This document shows, piece after piece, positions 52,455-59,029 of a stretch of 59,029 bases of DNA (positions are counted from its first letter, which is position 1; each line of letters opens with the position of its first letter). Position numbers and translations under genes: made by a program. Origin of the DNA: Candidatus Hydrogenedentota bacterium. Its GTDB lineage: Bacteria; Hydrogenedentota; Hydrogenedentia; Hydrogenedentales; SLHB01. The notes beneath the pieces were generated by a model. That model was given only the letters and a program-made list of their open reading frames with translations. It searched no databases and had not been told where the DNA came from. The stretch spans positions 1-59,029 of the forward strand of contig BTVY01000047.1 of assembly GCA_045863335.1 (NCBI GenBank), given 5' to 3'.

Positions 52455-52510
52455 AGGGGCACAGGCGTCCCGCCTGCGCTCTTCCCGCGGGCCGGACGCC
52501 CGTGCTCCTT
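52455..52510. repeat. REP-like palindrome
   Basis: GGCACAGGCGTCCCGCCTGC...GCGGGCCGGACGCCCGTGCTCC. Confidence 0.6.
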
Positions 52511-52551
52511 GACTGAACTGCCTAATCTTGCTTAGTTGTTCTCTCGTCGCC

Positions 52552-54450
52552 TCATCCGGTGAGGCCCGAGGCGGTCACTACGAGATCCAGGAACTCCCGA
52601 CGCTCTTGTTCGTGGCGTTGGGTAACACAGCCCAATGCCCACGCATACACCGTGTCGTATCCGATGTCATCGTTGGGGGCGTTGCCGCGGAGGAGCATGG
52701 CGAAAGCGGCGACGGCCGTCGCAAAACGAAAGTCGGCGGAGGCGTGTTCGAATGCGCCGCGGGAATCGAACACCGGCGTCTCAAGCAACTGGCTGCGGGT
52801 CGCGCTCGGCGTCTTGTAACGCAGCTTCAGGTTAAGGAGTTCGCCCGATTGGGCCGCCGCGCTGGCTCGCGGCCGCGTCTGATAGCGAAGTGGATCGACC
52901 GTCCCCGCGGACTCGCGGTATCCGGCGGGTACCACTTCGTAGAGCGCGGTGACCGTGTGCCCGGCGCCGATTTCGCCGGCGTCTTTCGCGTCGTCGTTGA
53001 AGTCTTCCCGCGCAAGCATACGGTTCTCGTAACCGATGAGCCGATACGACTCCACTTCCGCTGGATTGAATTCGATCTGGATCTTGACGTCTTTCGCAAT
53101 GGTCACGAGATTCGCGATCATCCTGGCGCCGAAGATGCGCTTCGCTTCGTCAAAACTGTCGATGTAGCCGTAGTTTCCGTTGCCTTTGTCGGCGAGTTGT
53201 TCGAGGGTGCCGTCTTTGATGTTTCCAAAACCGAACCCGAGCGTGGTCAGAAAGACGCCCTCTTTCGCGCGCTCCTCGATAAATCGGATCAGCTCGCCGC
53301 GATCGGTTATGCCCACATTAAAATCGCCGTCGGTGGCGATGATGACGCGGTTGACGGCGCCGTCGCGGAAGTTCGCGCGGGCGATGTCGTAGGCAAGATG
53401 GATGCCTTGGCCACCGTTCGTCGAACCGCCGGCTTCCAGCCGCTCGATAGCGTCCAGTATGACGCGCTTGTTTGCGCATGACGTGGAGGGCAGCACGGTC
53501 CCGGCTGCTCCCGCGTACACGCAGAGTGCGACGCGGTCGCGTTCGTCCAGCTGCTTGACCAGGTACTGCAACGAGCGCTTCACGAGCGGCAGTTTGTTGG
53601 ACGGCTGCATGGACCCGGATACGTCGATGAGAAACACGAGGTTGCAGGGCGGCCGCTCGTCTTCCGGCGGCTCGTAGCCGCGCAGGCCAATGCGCACGAG
53701 CCGGTGCTTGGGCTGCCATGGCACAGACGCCACGTCCACGTTCACCGAGAACGGCGCGTCGGAATCCGGCACGGGATAGTCGTAGGTGAAATAGTTGATG
53801 AACTCCTCGATGCGAACGGAATCGCGCGGCGGGCACACGCCCATTTGCAGCATGCGCCGCACGTTCGTGTAAGAGGCCGTATCCACGTCGATGGAAAACG
53901 TCGAGACGGGTTGATCCGCGACAAGCCGGAAGGGGTTGTCATCGTAATGGTCGTACTGCTCCGTGTTGAAAGGGTCCCAGCCGCTTCCGATGGGCGCTAC
54001 CGCATCGGGCATGACCGGCTGAGTGATGTGCATATAGACTCTGGACGCAGGCTGCGGCGGTTGGGGCGGCGCATTCACGATGATCGTGTTGTTCACAACA
54101 GGTTGTGAAGCACTCGCCCAGTTCCGGCGGGGCGCACTTTCGGATTGAGCCATCGCTGACCCAGCAGGATTGTTGATGTCGGTAATGAGAAACCGCTCGA
54201 CGCCTTCACGAAGGCGAAATAGCGTGTACTGCGGCGCGTGGCCCTCGGCTTTGTCAATCAGGGTCTGCCGCAGCGTCGCGGCGTCGCCTTGTGGTTGCAG
54301 AGGTAAGTTGCTTGGAAGGTCTGAGTGCCGGTACACCAATGCGATCGCAGCAGCGACAATAGCGAGAGAAAGAAAAGCAAGGCGCGGTACGTGCCGAGTC
54401 CCTTTCTTCCGCGGATCCGGCGCGTCCGTGTGTTGATCGGTCGTATCCAT
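52552..54450 (-). CDS. Membrane-anchored YfbK-like vWA protein (vWF_A + VWA + DUF3520)
   Basis: STFSIDVDTASY, VRIEEFINYF, LIDVSGSM, ATDGDFNVG, YRLIGYENR; N-terminal TM helix. Confidence 0.92.
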   Translation of the reverse strand: MDTTDQHTDAPDPRKKGTRHVPRLAFLSLAIVAAAIALVYRHSDLPSNLPLQPQGDAATLRQTLIDKAEGHAPQYTLFRLREGVERFLITDINNPAGSAMAQSESAPRRNWASASQPVVNNTIIVNAPPQPPQPASRVYMHITQPVMPDAVAPIGSGWDPFNTEQYDHYDDNPFRLVADQPVSTFSIDVDTASYTNVRRMLQMGVCPPRDSVRIEEFINYFTYDYPVPDSDAPFSVNVDVASVPWQPKHRLVRIGLRGYEPPEDERPPCNLVFLIDVSGSMQPSNKLPLVKRSLQYLVKQLDERDRVALCVYAGAAGTVLPSTSCANKRVILDAIERLEAGGSTNGGQGIHLAYDIARANFRDGAVNRVIIATDGDFNVGITDRGELIRFIEERAKEGVFLTTLGFGFGNIKDGTLEQLADKGNGNYGYIDSFDEAKRIFGARMIANLVTIAKDVKIQIEFNPAEVESYRLIGYENRMLAREDFNDDAKDAGEIGAGHTVTALYEVVPAGYRESAGTVDPLRYQTRPRASAAAQSGELLNLKLRYKTPSATRSQLLETPVFDSRGAFEHASADFRFATAVAAFAMLLRGNAPNDDIGYDTVYAWALGCVTQRHEQERREFLDLVVTASGLTG

Positions 54451-54477
54451 GAGTTTCACTCCTTCACCTATTCGCCC

Positions 54478-55266
54478 TTACGGCGCGCATTCCGAGGGAA
54501 GTCCGGTCGGCAAGGGTCCGAACAGTTCCGCCGAGACCGAGGTCACAGGAAACGTGGGGTCGGGATTCTCGGGCTCGTAAGGCCGGAACTCGACATGGCC
54601 ATCCATAAAGAGCACGTTTGCACCAAAAGGCCGATGCGCGATCTGCGACGTGTCGAGCGACAGCCGATCCCAGAGGACCACGCCCGAACCCGAGGGGCCG
54701 TTCAGCAGATCCAGCGCGTAGGGCAGTGGCGATTGCACGTCGACGTCGCGGTCGATCGCCCAGTCGCCGCGCATCAACGCATCGTGAAGCGTGACCGCAT
54801 CGTAGTCGTCGCGAAGCGAGAACCCTGTGTACACGTAGTACCGTGACGAAACACAATCTGGACGTTGTTCACCGGATCGCCGCGATTCAAAACGATGTAC
54901 CGCGGAGTCCGGGTGACTCGGGCAAACGAAGATGTCTAAGTCGGTGCAGTACTCGGGGTAGAACGCCTCCATGTCCGGCACCCAATTCCTTGGGACCGGA
55001 CTCAGAGCGGGCCACCGTTCCCCCGGCGCTTCATGGGCAAACATCTTGAACGCCAGCCCCAACTGTTTCAGGTTGGTTTGGCAACTCGCGCGTTGCCGCG
55101 ATTCTCCCGCCACCTTCACGGCGGGAAACACCAGGATTGCCAACAGACAGATCAACGCCGCGCCCAAAAGCAGCTCGGCTAAAGTGACGATACGGCCTCG
55201 TTGGGAGTCTGGCGTAAGTCGTTGTTCGCGAGGCGCTCCGTTCGGTAGTTCGGTTGTCTCGTCCAT
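54478..55266 (-). CDS. DUF1559-like protein with a degenerate prepilin N-terminus
   Basis: [42 protein letters not shown]; GGAGG RBS. Confidence 0.85.
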   Translation of the reverse strand: MDETTELPNGAPREQRLTPDSQRGRIVTLAELLLGAALICLLAILVFPAVKVAGESRQRASCQTNLKQLGLAFKMFAHEAPGERWPALSPVPRNWVPDMEAFYPEYCTDLDIFVCPSHPDSAVHRFESRRSGEQRPDCVSSRYYVYTGFSLRDDYDAVTLHDALMRGDWAIDRDVDVQSPLPYALDLLNGPSGSGVVLWDRLSLDTSQIAHRPFGANVLFMDGHVEFRPYEPENPDPTFPVTSVSAELFGPLPTGLPSECAP

Positions 55267-55506
55267 CTGATTTCCTCCCCGGGCGGCGCTTCGCCCGTTG
55301 TCGTCCATTACGCGCGACGACGAGGGAAGGTTCATTTCATCCGAATAAGGAGATGGATTGGATTGCAGCGCGAAGACGCGAGGACGCCAAAACGCTGGGC
55401 ATCTGTGGCAGACATCCGGCCCAACTTTCCCATGGACAAAAAACTTGGACCTGCTCTATAGTGATACATCAGGTGTGGGGTCGCAAAACCGTGGAGGGAT
55501 GCCGTC

Positions 55507-56196
55507 ATGAAGAAGTACGCAGCGGAGTTCATCGGGACATTCTGGTTGGTTTTGGGCGGGTGCGGCAGCGCGGTGCTGGCCGCGGCCTTTCCGGATGTGG
55601 GGATCGGATTGCTCGGCGTCGCGTTGGCGTTTGGTCTGACCGTGCTGACCATGGCCTACGCGATTGGCCATATATCGGGCTGCCATCTCAATCCCGCGGT
55701 TTCGGTGGGGTTATGGGCCGGCGGCCGTTTTCCGGCCGGTCAACTGCTGCCGTACATCGTCGCGCAGGTCGTAGGCGCCATCGCGGCAGGGGGCGTGCTG
55801 TTCGTGATCGCGAGTGGCGCGCAAGGCTTTGCGCTCTCAGGGGGCTTCGCCTCGAACGGGTACGGTGCCCATTCGCCGGGCGGATACTCGCTGATCGCGG
55901 CACTGGTCTGCGAAGTCGTCATGACGATGATGTTCCTGTTCGTCATCATGGGGGCGACGGATAAGCGGGCGCCGCAGGGCATGGCGCCGCTCGCCATCGG
56001 GCTGTGCCTGACGCTCATCCACCTCATCAGCATTCCGGTCACCAATACGTCCGTGAATCCGGCGCGCAGCACGGGGGTCGCCGTCTTTGTAGGCGATTGG
56101 GCACTCGCGCAGCTGTGGCTCTTCTGGGTGGCGCCGATTATTGGCGGCGTCGTGGGAGCGGCAGTGTACCGGTTCGTCGCCAGCGACGAGGAGTGA
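55507..56196 (+). CDS. aqpZ: Aquaporin Z
   Basis: ISGCHLNPA and NTSVNPARS. Confidence 0.96.
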   Translation: MKKYAAEFIGTFWLVLGGCGSAVLAAAFPDVGIGLLGVALAFGLTVLTMAYAIGHISGCHLNPAVSVGLWAGGRFPAGQLLPYIVAQVVGAIAAGGVLFVIASGAQGFALSGGFASNGYGAHSPGGYSLIAALVCEVVMTMMFLFVIMGATDKRAPQGMAPLAIGLCLTLIHLISIPVTNTSVNPARSTGVAVFVGDWALAQLWLFWVAPIIGGVVGAAVYRFVASDEE

Positions 56197-56280
56197 CGGC
56201 AGATGCGGGCGTTTGCCGATCCAACCGGACTATGAAAGCGCCTTGTAGTCTCATTGCTGACGGAGCCATGATGCGTCAGA

Positions 56281-56371
56281 TCATGGGCTGGAAGCCCATG
56301 GCACCTCGAATCACGGGCTGGAAGCGCCGTGCCACCTCGTGCTTCGGGCTGGAAGCCCGTGGCATCTCGAA
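56281..56371. repeat. Three tandem REP palindromes (about 30-bp period)
   Basis: Variants of CACGGGCTGGAAGCCCGTGCCACCTCG; same family as 39045-39274; lies between convergent genes. Confidence 0.8.
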
Positions 56372-56379
56372 GAATGTTC

Positions 56380-58650
56380 CTACTCCAGGACGAAGACGAT
56401 GCGATCGACGTAAACCGCGTCGACTTCGCCGGGGTTGTTGACGGGCGCGACCCAGACGTACATGCCGGGGGCCAGCGTGTGCACGCCGAGGTCGATGAGT
56501 TGATAGGCGTCCTTCGTCGATTCGATGGGGACGGTTTGTTGATTCACCGCGACGCGGGCCTCGGAATCGTAGATGCCGAGTTGCATGGCGCTGCCGGTGT
56601 CGGCCTTCGCGTCACAACGCACGGCGATGTACACGTGCTGCGGCACGCGCGCGGTCATGTCGTTGGAGATGGGAAACTGAACAGCCCATTGGGTGTGGTT
56701 CGTGGTCATGCGCGCGGCTTTCCCATCAGACGCAGCGGTATCGTCCACGAAGGATGACGATTCGCCGACTCCGTACAGGCGGAACTCGTTGTCCTGAACG
56801 TCGAGCCAACGGTCGGCGGGCAGATCCTTGCATACCTCCGGCACGGTCGCTTCGACACCGCTGAACCGCGTGCGCAACACGGCGGCCAATTGATCGAAGG
56901 GGCGCCCCTCCGCGTAGCTGCCGCAATTAAACGCTTCGCAGGTCTCGATGAACGCCTGTGTCGCCGCGGCCGGGTCGTCCGGACCGAGGAACGGATGATT
57001 CTGTAGCCGCGCCGATCGTTTGAGGGCCTCGTACCGGTTCAGCCACGCGTAGGTCAGCGGGAGCCGCGCCCGGCGTACGCGCGCTTCAAGCACGCTGTCG
57101 CCTTTCACCGCCGCTTCGGCTTCATCAAACAGAACCTCCGCCGCATTCAGATCATCAATGCGCAACCAGGCTGCGGTCGTATCCTGGAAGCAGCCGAAAT
57201 GCACGTCGGCCCGCGTGACCGCGTCGCGCATGCGGTCCATGTAACAGCGCAGGGGCCATGCGGCGGGGCCGTAGTATCCGGCCAGAAACTCGTTGATGAG
57301 GGCCTCGGGATCGCGCGAGGGGTCCCACATGAGATGGGCCAGCACCCACGCGCGGAGTTCCACGAAATCGCCGCAGGAGGAACCCGTGTCGCCCTGCTCG
57401 AAGAGTCCGATGCAGTTGTTCTCGACGAAGAAGCGGATGTTCGGCGCGAGCGCCTGGTAGTTGGGATGGGGAAGCAGATACTGACGGAAGTTGGTGACGT
57501 AGTCCCACACGTAGAGTTTGCCCGCGATGGCGCTCCATGCTTCCATGTCGCGCCGAAAGTCGGCGTTGCGCGGCGCGGTGGCGAGGGGTTCGGCGAAACT
57601 GCATTCGATGGTGCAGAGACGGATGACCACGTTCTCGCGCGGCTTCGCGTGGAGCGGGGCCTTGCGCGTGTACTGATAGGCGAGGGTTTCGACGAGCACA
57701 TCGGGGAACTCCTTCGCGATGTCTTCGGCCACCGCGTTGGCGAAGCGAACGAGCAGTCCGGACGGCGATCCTTCTTCGGTTTCGATGGCGGCACAGTTGG
57801 CGCATTGGCAGTTGCCGTGGCAATCGTTCTGCGAGATGGAGATCATGCCCGCCGAAGGATCGCTGCGAATCCATTCGAGCGCGTTCTTCGTGAGTTCGGC
57901 CCGCATTTCGTCGTTGGTCAGACAGAGTTGCGCGCCATCGTGTACGCGTTGGCCGTTGAGTTCGCTGTACCACTCGGGGTGCGCGTCAAAATACGTTTCC
58001 GGCGGGAGCAGTTGGTAGAAGGTGTGGCACCACCCGAGGATCTGATAGTGGCCGCCATACTCCTCCGGCACGCCGTCGTGGTGACCGTTGCACTTGCTGC
58101 GCGCGGCGAAGATGCCGTTCAACGCGTCGCGGTAGAAGGCTTCGCGGTAACGCAGCTTTGGCGTGTAGACCGTGTCGAGCACCGGAATCTCGAGATTCGG
58201 CCGCGTGGGGATGAAGTTCTCCGCCGAGGTCCACCAGCGGCAGCCAACGACGTCTTCGAGGAAGGTGTAGACGGCGTAGAGCGTGCCACGCGGACGGCCC
58301 CCTGCGAGGTAGAGCGTGTCGCCATCGGTCTTGAGGACGATGCCGTCGTGGCCGAGGGCGTCGAGGTTCAATTCGGGGAAGGCTGCGATCAGGCGAGGCG
58401 AGGGACCGACGACGATCTGTTTCGCATCGGGTGCAACGGCGGTCTCTTCAAGAACGGGGAGTTTCACGCCGGTAACCAACGCGAGGTGCTCCTGCAATTC
58501 CTTCGCCGCCGTGCGTTCCGGTTCGATGGCGCCTTCCGTGATGACGATGCTGTAATCGGTAGCGCCATCTTGCGCAAGGGTCATGGCGAATGCCGAACCC
58601 GTGTTGGCCAGAAACAGCGCAGCAACAACGATTCCCCCGAATAGCCGCAT
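56380..58650 (-). CDS. DUF4838-domain secreted protein (GH-like)
   Basis: Signal peptide; RGTLYAVYTFLE...GCRWW; HPEWY...QLCLTN; LAYQYT; VWDY. Confidence 0.82.
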   Translation of the reverse strand: MRLFGGIVVAALFLANTGSAFAMTLAQDGATDYSIVITEGAIEPERTAAKELQEHLALVTGVKLPVLEETAVAPDAKQIVVGPSPRLIAAFPELNLDALGHDGIVLKTDGDTLYLAGGRPRGTLYAVYTFLEDVVGCRWWTSAENFIPTRPNLEIPVLDTVYTPKLRYREAFYRDALNGIFAARSKCNGHHDGVPEEYGGHYQILGWCHTFYQLLPPETYFDAHPEWYSELNGQRVHDGAQLCLTNDEMRAELTKNALEWIRSDPSAGMISISQNDCHGNCQCANCAAIETEEGSPSGLLVRFANAVAEDIAKEFPDVLVETLAYQYTRKAPLHAKPRENVVIRLCTIECSFAEPLATAPRNADFRRDMEAWSAIAGKLYVWDYVTNFRQYLLPHPNYQALAPNIRFFVENNCIGLFEQGDTGSSCGDFVELRAWVLAHLMWDPSRDPEALINEFLAGYYGPAAWPLRCYMDRMRDAVTRADVHFGCFQDTTAAWLRIDDLNAAEVLFDEAEAAVKGDSVLEARVRRARLPLTYAWLNRYEALKRSARLQNHPFLGPDDPAAATQAFIETCEAFNCGSYAEGRPFDQLAAVLRTRFSGVEATVPEVCKDLPADRWLDVQDNEFRLYGVGESSSFVDDTAASDGKAARMTTNHTQWAVQFPISNDMTARVPQHVYIAVRCDAKADTGSAMQLGIYDSEARVAVNQQTVPIESTKDAYQLIDLGVHTLAPGMYVWVAPVNNPGEVDAVYVDRIVFVLE

Positions 58651-58887
58651 GATCCCCTCTCCCGTGGTTGGTGGATTTGTCCACGTCGATTGTATGCGAT
58701 TCGGAGCGGATCGGAAAAGAGCGACCGCAGGGACACCAGGGATCGGTTGACTCCGAGGCGCGGGGCGATAAAGCGACCCAACGCCACACTCGTTCGACAA
58801 GCTGTTGCACACCAGCGCGAATCGTGCTACCTTTATAGGTATGACGCGAACGCGGTTTCCAATGTCGAATCCAAGCGGGGAAATCCG

Positions 58888-59029
58888 ATGAAGCAAATGA
58901 CGAGCAGCAAGTTGCTTGGCGTGGCGGCCATTGTCGCGGGTTTGCTCTGGCTTGGATTCACGATCGTTAATCTCGCTAGTGTATTGATTCATGCTGTTGC
59001 CAACTTATCGAGCCGCGTTCTGGCACGGG
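58888..59029 (+). CDS. Partial membrane or secreted protein running off the window
   Basis: GGGGA RBS; MKQMTSSKLLGVAAIVAGLLWLGF...; upstream TTGCAC-17-TACCTT at 58805-58833. Confidence 0.5.
   Translation, partial: MKQMTSSKLLGVAAIVAGLLWLGFTIVNLASVLIHAVANLSSRVLAR

Noticed and set aside
56281-56371. Mini CRISPR array
   Set aside because: Units are adjacent with no unique spacers, are degenerate, and there are no cas genes; REP-like.
58651-58992. 114-aa N-terminal extension of the DUF4838 protein
   Set aside because: ATG 58650 has an RBS and a signal peptide; the extension overlaps a divergent promoter and ORF.

Overview
GC-rich bacterial window, probably Candidatus Hydrogenedentota. This is an inference from the DUF1559/H-X9-DG pilin-like proteins carrying the [11 protein letters not shown] motif, the GCP lipoproteins and the REP-like repeats. 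It holds about 45 genes: GH-like secreted proteins at both ends; a nitrogen locus (NifA-like bEBP, a degenerate paralogue, amtB, glnK); an unannotated 58-aa ORF followed by LRR and BACON-vWA lipoproteins; a sigma54-type operon rnfB-por-rnfCDGEA plus a small Cys-rich ORF; a split corrinoid methyltransferase cluster; PadR with two paralogous membrane proteins; a type III PKS cluster; thiC; exported hydrolases; three DUF1559-type genes; a YfbK-like vWA protein; and aqpZ. Best candidates for novelty: (1) a readable bEBP circuit in which a catalytically dead paralogue with a near-identical HTH is driven from a sigma54 promoter and a CCTAC-N6-GTAGG operator; (2) the DUF1559 signature motif is missing from one pilin-like gene but present in the vWA protein next door; (3) a PFOR embedded in the Rnf operon; (4) a thiC leader with only fragments of a TPP aptamer. 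No rRNA, tRNA, CRISPR array or transposase was recognised. All calls are by eye; no searches were run.
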